Below, one piece after another: positions 17,236 to 26,000 of a stretch of DNA of 55,143 nucleotides. Under the pieces are notes generated by a model. The model saw nothing but the letters and a program-made list of their open reading frames with translations, was not told where the DNA came from and did not search any database. How positions within the stretch are numbered: the first letter of the stretch is position 1; each line of letters opens with the position of its first letter. Source of the DNA: a virus (lineage: Duplodnaviria; Caudoviricetes); the IMG/VR virus record IMGVR_UViG_3300033153_005039, positions 1-55,143 of that record. One strand, given 5' to 3'. The translations under genes and the position numbers were made by a program.

Positions 17236-17431
17236 AACGTGTCATACCGGATGTAAGCGGCGACCAAAGTATCTGCATCCGGAAGGTGTCGTTATCGAGA
17301 TGCCACCGGATAATAACCGGGTCAAGACATGGCTTTCGCAGCGACGTATCAAGCAGGTTGCCGATGATACGCCGTTGACATCGCCGAAGGATTACAAGGC
17401 CAAGATGGTCGCATTGATGAGGCGAAAATGA
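17213..17431 (+). CDS. small head-associated hypothetical protein
   Basis: GGAGG RBS; lies between capsid and adaptor genes. Confidence 0.6.
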   Translation: MARYLTIRTCHTGCKRRPKYLHPEGVVIEMPPDNNRVKTWLSQRRIKQVADDTPLTSPKDYKAKMVALMRRK

Positions 17432-18147
17432 CCGTAAGGGATATCGATAATCGCTACACGACCATTGAGCGGCTTGCTCTGAGTCAGGGCGAACGCGATC
17501 TTGCTGATGCCTGCGATCAGACCGGGCAAAGCGAGATCGATGCCGAACTGGTCCAGCAGAAGTTACTCGATATCATCTATATGGCGTCCAGGACGGTCGA
17601 TGGCTACCTTCTGAAGCATATGACCATCCCGATACCGGAGACCATCACAGCGTTGACCGTGGGTACTTCTATCACTATGACAAACGGGAGTCATGCCGTT
17701 GTCGGTGTCGGCACTTTGTTTTTGACTGAACTCACTGAAGGTGACGAGATTTATCTCGTTGATGACGAAAATTACTGGTTTGGGGTCGTCGATTCCATTA
17801 CCGACGACCTCAACCTGGTTTTAAAGTATCAGTACAATGGTTTAACAGTTATTGCGACGATAGCCAACAAGCGACAGATCGTAGTGCCCGGATGGGTAGA
17901 ATTACACGCCCGGAATTATGCCCTGTATGAAGTGTGGCGGTTACGTGGTCGGAAGGATGAGGATAATCCGTGGGCAGAGGACAGGGAGAATTCCCGACTG
18001 GCACTGGTAGATTTTCAAAGGTCAAAGCAGAAGTTCCTTGACGGCACGACTGTTCGCAAGAATAACCCCGTTCAAGGCGAAAAAGAGTATTCGGATCGGG
18101 TAATGACACAGACATCTTTGGGCGATTATACGAGTCCACCTTACTGA
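17428..18147 (+). CDS. head-tail adaptor (Mu gp36/DUF1320-like) with inserted beta module
   Basis: Y.TIE.L...AS.TVDGYL...TIP...VP......A.Y.VW pattern, interrupted by the TNGS..V.G.GTLF module. Confidence 0.75.
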   Translation: MTVRDIDNRYTTIERLALSQGERDLADACDQTGQSEIDAELVQQKLLDIIYMASRTVDGYLLKHMTIPIPETITALTVGTSITMTNGSHAVVGVGTLFLTELTEGDEIYLVDDENYWFGVVDSITDDLNLVLKYQYNGLTVIATIANKRQIVVPGWVELHARNYALYEVWRLRGRKDEDNPWAEDRENSRLALVDFQRSKQKFLDGTTVRKNNPVQGEKEYSDRVMTQTSLGDYTSPPY

Positions 18148-18148
18148 T

Positions 18149-18631
18149 ATGGCAGATACCGGACTGACATTAAAAGTTGACTTCAAGGACCGTGACGGGT
18201 TCCTGCCCATGCTCAAGAAAGCGAGTCTGGTCAATACGTCGTCGCTGATGCGTAAGATCGGAATGCGGATGCGGAAGCATCAAGTGGGTCATTTCAAAAA
18301 GGAAGAAGATTCAAGCGGTGGAAAATGGCAACCGCTTTCTCAAGTAACACTGGAAGCGCGGCGAAAGGGTAAAAAAAAGGGAAGGCGCAAAGGAATCCTG
18401 AAGGATAACGGATTATTAAGGGATACAATCAGTTGGAGCAGTGATCCTGACAGGGCGGAAGTCGGATCGAATCAGCCCTATGCTGCGACGCACCAGTTTG
18501 GGCGCAAGGGCGGTGGCTGGCAAGGCAGCGATATTCCAGCCCGTGAGTTCCTTTACATCAGTGAAACCGAAGGTAAAGAACTAGCGCAGATAATCGGCGA
18601 TGAAATGTTCAAGTGGATGAAGAAGAAATAA
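18149..18631 (+). CDS. virion morphogenesis protein (Mu gpG / P2 S family)
   Basis: F..E.DSSG.KWQPLS..T, IL.DNG.LR..I, VGSN.PYAATHQFG, IPAREFL. Confidence 0.92.
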   Translation: MADTGLTLKVDFKDRDGFLPMLKKASLVNTSSLMRKIGMRMRKHQVGHFKKEEDSSGGKWQPLSQVTLEARRKGKKKGRRKGILKDNGLLRDTISWSSDPDRAEVGSNQPYAATHQFGRKGGGWQGSDIPAREFLYISETEGKELAQIIGDEMFKWMKKK

Positions 18632-19342
18632 ATGGCTACACCATCAGAAATACGATCCCCGACTAATTTAATCATTGACAGGTTAACCGACCTGTCCAAT
18701 CAGGTTATCGGTGCTGCACATGGTACTGAGCGCACTGGAAAAATCACGTTAACGAATGGTGCTGCTGCCGTTACCGGAACGGATACTTTATTCGTTGCTC
18801 AAGTCGCTATCGGAAATTATATTGCTATCAAATCAGATCGTCTCGGTTACGCAGGTTTCGGACTTGTCTCCAATGTAGCCAACGATACCACGATCACCAT
18901 TGATGCGAATTATACCGGCCCCACAGAGAGCGGCAATTATGTCGTGCTGACAAAGGATGAATATCTTGAAGCGGTCGAATACCCTTCACTTGTGGACGTT
19001 CGCATCTATGACACGATGAAGGAGTTCGCGCCGAACACGCCGTATATTGAGTGGTGGTTCTATTCTGAGGAAATCACGGATCACGGCGAGAACGCGCTCG
19101 GGTTCGTAGCCTGTACCGTCGCTGTGCATCGTTCAAATTTCCGACTGATGCAGCAGGAGTCGAACGAGATTATTCACGATCTCCTGCGCTGGATTCATAT
19201 GCATCATTCACAAACGCACTGGGATTACATCGAGTACGCAGGGTTTGAATCGCCTACAGTTTACACCGATGAAGATCAGCGAAAAGAAACCCTGGTCACG
19301 ACCTATTTCTTTAACATCGCATTTACAAGGCAGGCATACTAA
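18632..19342 (+). CDS. tail terminator/completion protein (probable) with inserted beta module
   Basis: Position after gpG; contains the TGKITLTNG...VTGT.TLF module. Confidence 0.6.
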   Translation: MATPSEIRSPTNLIIDRLTDLSNQVIGAAHGTERTGKITLTNGAAAVTGTDTLFVAQVAIGNYIAIKSDRLGYAGFGLVSNVANDTTITIDANYTGPTESGNYVVLTKDEYLEAVEYPSLVDVRIYDTMKEFAPNTPYIEWWFYSEEITDHGENALGFVACTVAVHRSNFRLMQQESNEIIHDLLRWIHMHHSQTHWDYIEYAGFESPTVYTDEDQRKETLVTTYFFNIAFTRQAY

Positions 19343-19833
19343 TGGAGTTTAAACCGATCAGACTTATTGCAGACATCACGATTCCGGCGGGAACACGCGC
19401 CCTTGCGGAGCGGAATTATCCCCACGGAACGATCTCCTGTATCACGTCCAAGTTCGGCAGGAACTTACCCGCATACTCGGTGTCATATTACAAACCGCAG
19501 CGGATCGATGCACCGACACCGGAAGAAAGACGCGCCCTGCTTGGAGCCCAGAGCGGTGAGGGGCAAGTCTACGCTATGGAGATTCCACAGCATAAGGAAT
19601 TGAAATGTGACGATCCCGCGTCCCCGCTTGCAGGCAGTCGTATGCAGGCAAAAACAAGGCAGCGGAAAGCGAGATTGGAAGATTTAGAGCGTGAGGATGA
19701 ACGGAAACGGGAAGCTATCGAGGCTCCTGCTCCTGAACCGGAGCCTATTCCAGAGCCAGAACCCGTACCCAAAAAAGACAAGCCCAAACGTTCATATAGA
19801 AAGAAAATAACGGAGGTCACCGAAAATGACTGA
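19342..19833 (+). CDS. hypothetical protein with PE-rich tail
   Basis: TAATG overlap; APAPEPEPIPEPEP segment. Confidence 0.7.
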   Translation: MEFKPIRLIADITIPAGTRALAERNYPHGTISCITSKFGRNLPAYSVSYYKPQRIDAPTPEERRALLGAQSGEGQVYAMEIPQHKELKCDDPASPLAGSRMQAKTRQRKARLEDLEREDERKREAIEAPAPEPEPIPEPEPVPKKDKPKRSYRKKITEVTEND

Positions 19834-21079
19834 TACGAAACAATACACGAACCGACAAAGGCAGATGACAGGTCCGGCGGTCCTTAGTGCCTATGATGAT
19901 GTCAACGATTACTATTACCGCCTCGGTTATATCGATGGGATTAGGGTCAGACGTGAATCGGACAACGTTTACCAGTCTGAGATTCATGTCAGCCGTTCGG
20001 TCGCCATTGATGGTCTTACCGTCGGTGAGAGATGGTTCTGTAACTGCTCCGTTATGGAACGGCTCAACCCGGATTGGCAGCGGTTGATTTTCAAGGACTG
20101 CGGTACGCCGTCGATCTTTGGATCATGCAGCTTGCAAACAATCACTGAGGAATTGAGAATGTTCCGTAATCATGCCCAGGTCCTTGCGTTCAAGAATGGA
20201 TTCTGGGGTGACGGTATATTACCCGCGCCGACCGGAGCTGCAAGTGCGGCGGCAGGTGCCGGGGCGACTATCCCGACCGGGACCTATGTAATTGTTGTCG
20301 AGGCCGTTTATACCGATGCACAGGGCTTGAATCCTATCAGGTCAGCGGAAAACGAAGCTGCCGGAACAGGTGTTGTACTTGGACAGGAATTAACTGTGAC
20401 ATGGAATGCACCTGTCGGCGGATACACACCGTCCTATTATAATATCTACGAGTATGATACAGCCCTTGCCGAAACACGAGCAGATGCCGATCTTATAGCC
20501 ATTGTACTGGGCACATCACCGACAGCCGTTATATTCGATTCTTTCACCGATCTTGGCGACTGGCCCGGTGACACACTGGGCGCGGCCTTCACCGTCACGG
20601 ATAATACGGGTCTGATCGATTTCACTGCCGGTGATGACTACACTATCGATGCTACATGCGCCAGGTTCGCATTGCTGGACGACGGCGACATTGACGATGG
20701 GGAGCTGTTACTCGTGACATACACTTACGTCGCGAATCCCTATTACACGCAGACAATTGGACCCGGTGATCGCAATCCGAAGATAATGCATCTTGTTATT
20801 CAGTGGTTCAAGGACGATGAACGTATCACGCCTTCCGGTCGCGGTTGCGAGGTTCATCTATACCATGTCCACACTGAATCCGGTTTTGAATGGCTCTTTG
20901 ACCAGATGGACTTCGAGAGCGGCTTCGATCAGGAATGGCGCGTTCTCCTGGACAGTGCTACCGGAAAGTACGGCGATATTTATACGTATCATAAAGACAT
21001 GGAAACATGGGAGCTATTCGAGCTTTCCAACATCAGTAATTACACAACTGACGACGAATGCAGCCTCGTTAGTTCGTAA
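19826..21079 (+). CDS. major tail tube protein with inserted FN3/Ig-like domain, copy 1
   Basis: Lies directly before the chaperone and tape measure genes; GTYVIVVEA...LTVTWNAP....YNIY and GDDYTID motifs. Confidence 0.75.
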   Translation: MTDTKQYTNRQRQMTGPAVLSAYDDVNDYYYRLGYIDGIRVRRESDNVYQSEIHVSRSVAIDGLTVGERWFCNCSVMERLNPDWQRLIFKDCGTPSIFGSCSLQTITEELRMFRNHAQVLAFKNGFWGDGILPAPTGAASAAAGAGATIPTGTYVIVVEAVYTDAQGLNPIRSAENEAAGTGVVLGQELTVTWNAPVGGYTPSYYNIYEYDTALAETRADADLIAIVLGTSPTAVIFDSFTDLGDWPGDTLGAAFTVTDNTGLIDFTAGDDYTIDATCARFALLDDGDIDDGELLLVTYTYVANPYYTQTIGPGDRNPKIMHLVIQWFKDDERITPSGRGCEVHLYHVHTESGFEWLFDQMDFESGFDQEWRVLLDSATGKYGDIYTYHKDMETWELFELSNISNYTTDDECSLVSS

Positions 21080-21094
21080 TAAATAAAGGAGCGT

Positions 21095-21652
21095 ATGATG
21101 ACAGAATCAACTCCCCGCGAGAGGTTGGAATTTAGTATATCCAACAAACCGCCGATGGTGGGCGTGTTCAATGGGAAACCTATATCCATTGAGCGCATCA
21201 AGCTTTCCGAAATAAAAGAAACATGGTCGGAAGTAGTCAAGATCATGCGTACCGCGCAGAATCATGCTATGTTCGCACGCTCCAAAGGTGGCGGCGATCC
21301 AGAGTCAGACGATTCGGTCGCCGCCGCCGATGGACTTTTCGACACGCTGGAAGAACTCGGACCCGGAGCGATTAATATCATCCACACATTCATCAAGGCA
21401 TCGACTGATAGCACCGATGAGATGCTGGACGATGCCGATTTCTGGTCACTGGCAGAACTGGTCGTTTTAATCCTTGAGCATAACGTGGGTCCTGATCTTA
21501 TGGATTTTTTCGGGCGCGGGGCAAGCGTTCTAAGAACACTGAACTTATTGCCCGAATCACCCGATACCAAGGGGAACAATACCTCATCGAGCGAGGATGG
21601 AGCCCCGGAGACATCGACAACTTCTACCCCGGTGAACTCGAATGCAGATTAG
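21095..21652 (+). CDS. tail assembly chaperone (lambda gpG analogue)
   Basis: Lies between tube and tape measure genes; acidic and helical; slippery site at 21505-21511. Confidence 0.8.
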   Translation: MMTESTPRERLEFSISNKPPMVGVFNGKPISIERIKLSEIKETWSEVVKIMRTAQNHAMFARSKGGGDPESDDSVAAADGLFDTLEELGPGAINIIHTFIKASTDSTDEMLDDADFWSLAELVVLILEHNVGPDLMDFFGRGASVLRTLNLLPESPDTKGNNTSSSEDGAPETSTTSTPVNSNAD

Positions 21653-21819
21653 ACGTTATCATTCTCGAAAAGGTAGTTGAGATGATCGAGGCCAATATTA
21701 AGCACATTGAATCGTCAATGATTATGGGTGACAAAGACGGGAAGATGAAGCGTGCGATTGAGGGCAGCAAAATGGATATCAAAAACCATTATTTGAGATT
21801 TCATCATTTGAAGTTCTAA
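21505..21819 (+). other. programmed -1 frameshift site T TTT TTC and gpGT-like extension
   Basis: XXXYYYZ heptamer in the correct phase; the -1 frame stays open to TAA 21817-21819, just before the TMP ATG, and encodes GWSPGDIDNFYPGEL. Confidence 0.8.
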
Positions 21820-21821
21820 TC

Positions 21822-24578
21822 ATGGCACTACCGGGATCAACAAAGTATAAAGTAGGACTCGTTTTCGATATCGAGCGAACCGGCTTTATGCGCGGTCTCA
21901 GGGAGATTAATACGAAGGTCGAGGAAAGCCGTAACAAGATGCAGAGGAATTACGGCGCGATCTCTCAATCGATAACGAACGTGGGTCAAAAGTTCATGGT
22001 GGCTACGGCTGCCATTGTCGGCTTCGGCGCGATGGCCGTAAAGACGGCTGCGGACTTTGAACGTGCCATGAACCGTGTCGGTGCTGTATCAGGGGCAACT
22101 GAGGAACAGCTTGCCGCGCTGACAGATCAGGCAAAGGAACTCGGACGCACGACTCAATTCTCGGCATCGCAGGCAGCGGACGCGATGGGATTTCTGGCAA
22201 TGGCTGGATTTGAGGTCAACGATATCATGGGCGCGATGCCGTCCACGTTACAGCTTGCAGCATCGGCCCAGATGGATCTTGCGCAGGCAGCTGATATCAC
22301 ATCGAATATTTTAACCGGCTACCGCATGACAGTTGAGGAACTGGAACACGCCAATGATGTTCTGGTAAAAACTTTCATCTCAACGAATACGAACCTGGCT
22401 CAATTAGGCGAGGCGATGAAATATGCCGCGCCTATTGCTGCATCTGCTGGGATTCAATTCGAGGAAGCATCGGCGGCCATTGGCCTGATGGGTAATGCTG
22501 GTATACAGGCTTCACTTGCCGGAACATCATTGCGTGGGGCGATTGTCAGATTATTGACACCGGGCGGTGAAGCGGCCTCGGTCATGGAGGAACTGGGCCT
22601 ACAAGTCCTTGACGCTACCGGAAACCTGCTACCCCTTGTCGATATCGTAGAACAATTGGAAAGGTCCGGGGCGACCACAGCGGATATGATGACGATATTC
22701 GGACTCAGGGCCGGACCAGCATTCGCCGCTCTTGTCTCGCAGGGCAGTGTCGCTTTGCGTGAGCTTATCGTTGAACTTGAAAATTCAGGAGGCACGGCGG
22801 AGCGAATTGCAGAGAAACAAATGGAAGGACTGCACGGCCAGTTATTGAAATTAAAAAGCGCATTCGAGGGCTTCATGATCGCCCTTGCTGACTCCGGGCT
22901 GATTCAGTGGGTGACAGATACCGCGACGAAAATAACTGAGTGGGTCAGTGCGATGGCGAAATATGATAAACAGACTTTGAAAACAATTATTGTCGTCGGT
23001 GCTCTCGTAGCCGCGATAGGTCCCCTGTTAATAATTCTTGGACAGATTATTATGATTGCCCCCGCTGTCGGAACTGCCGTTACATTCATGTTCGGGCCGT
23101 GGGGATTAGTTATTGCCGGGGCCGTGACAGCGCTTATTCTGGTAACGAAGCATATCAATGCGGTAACGGTAGCGATTCGAGCAGAGATGGACGCCTTAAA
23201 CGCGGAAATTGATGCTATCAACGAAAGCATAGATGCCCATGATGAAATGAGAGAGGAGGTAATTGATCTCAATACTGAGATTGAAAATCTGAGCGAGGAA
23301 ACTGATATAGCGGCGGGAACTTTCGACACATTAAACGACAGGATAATTAAAGTAATTGATGCGTATCCCAAATTGACAGAACAGATGGGATATTCACTGA
23401 CTGCTACTGGCGAGCTTTACGACAAATCCGGGGACCTTGTAGATACAATTGAAGACCAGCAGAGATTATTCGATGCATTTTCATCGGCCTCGATTGTGGG
23501 AGAAATAGACCGGCTGACAACGGCTGAAAGAACTTTGATGGAAGCAGTCAGGGAACGGGCAAGAGTACAGGCCAAAGAGGAATTTTTCGCAGAAAAGGGC
23601 GGATTCGCTGGGTGGTTCAATCGTTTAATCGGACTTGGCGAATGGCAGAAAGAGGGAATGGAACAGGCGTATGGCGGAAATGCATTCGAGGAGTGGCTTA
23701 GAGAAAATTACCCACATCTTGCCACGCCACAGCCGTGGTTAGATGCGCCGCCAACCGTTACGCCCACGGCACCCATTCCGGTTGTAATTGAAGACGATGG
23801 TGAAGATGGCCGTACAAGTACAGGAAGGGCGGCGACTGATGCAACTGAGGATAACACGGAAGCGGTAATAAGCCTTGAAGATGAAATGGCGCAACTGCGA
23901 GAAGCGTTCTTTGAAGTGCCGGACCTGATATTCCGTGGCATGACAACAGGCGCGGATATCGCTTTCGGAGATTTCCTGCGTGATGCGATAGAGGCATTCA
24001 GAGATAGTGAACCGCCAAAGCCTGTAACTGAATTCGATTTTGCGGACCCATTCAGGCCAGCCGCTATGGGCGGTAACGTAATCGATAAGATCAGCGACTT
24101 CTTTGTTGACTTCACAGATGCGATGGAAAACGGTTTAATGGATATGGAGAAGCAGCTATACAATGTCGTGGGGCAATTCGCGGCTGATCTCGTAAGCGGT
24201 GACGTAGGGACTGCGATTCGCGGGGCATTCGCGGGACTCGCCAATTATATTGCGTCGGCAGTACAGCAATCGGTGTCTGCATCAATCGGCGGTGGCGGCA
24301 TGTTTGCCGGGATTGCCGGGGCCGCTATTGGCGGGGCTGTCGGTGCCGGAGTCGCAATACTTGGATCATTGCTATTCCCCGCGAAGCAACCCGGTTTCAG
24401 TAAGGAACTGCCGATCTATGCCAGCATCACGAACTGGAACGAACAGAACCTTGGCAGCTTCTTACCGTTCTCATTTATGATGTCGGGACGTGCCGGGGAG
24501 TTCGATGTTGACTACAGGGGCGCAAGTCTTGACCGCATGAGACAGGGACGACGGTTAGGATTCCATTACATGCAATAA
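21822..24578 (+). CDS. tape measure protein (TP901 family core)
   Basis: AADFERAMNRVGAVSGAT...LGRTTQFSASQAA..M.FLAMAG, GIQAS.AGTSLR. Confidence 0.96.
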   Translation: MALPGSTKYKVGLVFDIERTGFMRGLREINTKVEESRNKMQRNYGAISQSITNVGQKFMVATAAIVGFGAMAVKTAADFERAMNRVGAVSGATEEQLAALTDQAKELGRTTQFSASQAADAMGFLAMAGFEVNDIMGAMPSTLQLAASAQMDLAQAADITSNILTGYRMTVEELEHANDVLVKTFISTNTNLAQLGEAMKYAAPIAASAGIQFEEASAAIGLMGNAGIQASLAGTSLRGAIVRLLTPGGEAASVMEELGLQVLDATGNLLPLVDIVEQLERSGATTADMMTIFGLRAGPAFAALVSQGSVALRELIVELENSGGTAERIAEKQMEGLHGQLLKLKSAFEGFMIALADSGLIQWVTDTATKITEWVSAMAKYDKQTLKTIIVVGALVAAIGPLLIILGQIIMIAPAVGTAVTFMFGPWGLVIAGAVTALILVTKHINAVTVAIRAEMDALNAEIDAINESIDAHDEMREEVIDLNTEIENLSEETDIAAGTFDTLNDRIIKVIDAYPKLTEQMGYSLTATGELYDKSGDLVDTIEDQQRLFDAFSSASIVGEIDRLTTAERTLMEAVRERARVQAKEEFFAEKGGFAGWFNRLIGLGEWQKEGMEQAYGGNAFEEWLRENYPHLATPQPWLDAPPTVTPTAPIPVVIEDDGEDGRTSTGRAATDATEDNTEAVISLEDEMAQLREAFFEVPDLIFRGMTTGADIAFGDFLRDAIEAFRDSEPPKPVTEFDFADPFRPAAMGGNVIDKISDFFVDFTDAMENGLMDMEKQLYNVVGQFAADLVSGDVGTAIRGAFAGLANYIASAVQQSVSASIGGGGMFAGIAGAAIGGAVGAGVAILGSLLFPAKQPGFSKELPIYASITNWNEQNLGSFLPFSFMMSGRAGEFDVDYRGASLDRMRQGRRLGFHYMQ

Positions 24579-24579
24579 A

Positions 24580-25122
24580 ATGTTAAGAATCTGGACATAC
24601 ATAAACCTTGACGCTTTCGGAGACCCCGCGACAGCCGGGACATACTTCGATCCCGAAATATATAATCTTCCCGTGCAGATGAGCCAGAACATTTTGCCGC
24701 AACTTGTCCGCGACGGCACTGAGCGAATAATCGATGATCCACAATTCATGTTCCCGGTCAGAGTAAATTTATCGCTCGCGTCAAGCCATGTCGATCTGAA
24801 AAGCAAGACGGTATATAACGGATCATCGCGTCGGCTTGGTCCGGTCCTGTACCTGCATAAATCAGCATCGATGTGGCTTGTTCTGTTTCATCAGAGTTCG
24901 CAGGGCACGTCACCGAAATGTTACCTGTGCAGGATATTACAACTCGACCCGACACTGGCGGGATACTCAACAATAGATACGTCTGATAAAACTTACGGTC
25001 CCGGTATGGAACCCGTGAGTGGCAATATGCAGTTCGTTCTGTCTGTTAATCGCGACGGAATCTTTACCGACTTTGACAATATTGCAAGTGGAACATACCA
25101 CGCAAGGGAGCCAGCATCATGA
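24580..25122 (+). CDS. tail protein (distal-tail position)
   Basis: Immediately follows the TMP; call rests on position only. Confidence 0.5.
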   Translation: MLRIWTYINLDAFGDPATAGTYFDPEIYNLPVQMSQNILPQLVRDGTERIIDDPQFMFPVRVNLSLASSHVDLKSKTVYNGSSRRLGPVLYLHKSASMWLVLFHQSSQGTSPKCYLCRILQLDPTLAGYSTIDTSDKTYGPGMEPVSGNMQFVLSVNRDGIFTDFDNIASGTYHAREPAS

Positions 25123-25319
25123 GAATAATCTTTGTAATCCTTTTCGTTTTATTAATCGGTTGTGGCGGATTGTCACCGACAACACCATCGGATGAAATCT
25201 CGCTGTGTCAGGTCGGACCATACAAGTACGATGACGCTTACAGGATGTGGGAATTCTGCTCACACCCTGAAAGCAAACCGTCGCGTGACCTTTGCGGGAT
25301 ATGCCACTGGATTTATTAA
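25119..25319 (+). CDS. small lipoprotein
   Basis: MRIIFVILFVLLIGC lipobox-like N-terminus. Confidence 0.65.
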   Translation: MRIIFVILFVLLIGCGGLSPTTPSDEISLCQVGPYKYDDAYRMWEFCSHPESKPSRDLCGICHWIY

Positions 25320-25329
25320 GGAGAAAATC

Positions 25330-25869
25330 ATGTCACAAAAATCATTACTTGCAAGTACAGGTAGGCTTGCTGAAGTAGATCAACTGGGTTATCTGACGGT
25401 TCTCGAAATAGAACATCACAAGATACATTCACAGAAACATTATTGCGCTACTGACTACGATGCTGATGTCGATACTGGAGCAAAATACTGGTTTGTAAGG
25501 ACTCCGGCGACAGGCGCACTATGGCATTTGACCTTTGAGTTTAATTCGAGCCGACACGGATTACTCGAAGCATTCTGGAATCCGACCATAAATGTTGTCG
25601 GAGCCAGCGTTCCGTTCATCAATAATAATTTCAACAGTAATAATGTGGCTACCATTCTGTGTTACAGGGACCCGACAGTCGGTGCCGATGGAAACAGATT
25701 CTTTGTCAGAACAATGGGCGATGATGTGGTCGGTGCAAGCAAGGGATCGGCGGATAAAATCGAGCGACAGCATGAGCGCATCCTTAAACCAAGCAAAGAT
25801 TATCTGTTTAAGTTCACTGCGATTACAGATAATACAAGAGTGAGCATGGAATTCGATGTCTACAATTAA
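25330..25869 (+). CDS. beta-rich hypothetical (possible virion) protein
   Basis: TAAGGAG RBS before ATG 25330. Confidence 0.7.
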   Translation: MSQKSLLASTGRLAEVDQLGYLTVLEIEHHKIHSQKHYCATDYDADVDTGAKYWFVRTPATGALWHLTFEFNSSRHGLLEAFWNPTINVVGASVPFINNNFNSNNVATILCYRDPTVGADGNRFFVRTMGDDVVGASKGSADKIERQHERILKPSKDYLFKFTAITDNTRVSMEFDVYN

Positions 25870-26000
25870 TGACTGGTGAATTAAAAATACAGCTTGAAAT
25901 CCTTGAAGTATTCTGGGTGATCGATGGTGAAATCCTGTGCGTGGTCGTACAGATCGGTGGCAGAATACTATCAAATCTTGTCTATGAAAAGGGAGCGTAA
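25869..26000 (+). CDS. hypothetical protein (43 aa, not in ORF track)
   Basis: TAATG overlaps at both ends. Confidence 0.5.
   Translation: MTGELKIQLEILEVFWVIDGEILCVVVQIGGRILSNLVYEKGA

Noticed and set aside
10213-19342. Mu-like transposable phage
   Set aside because: Head and neck genes are Mu-like, but there is no transposase A/B, no host-DNA ends and no sheath; replication is initiator plus DnaB.
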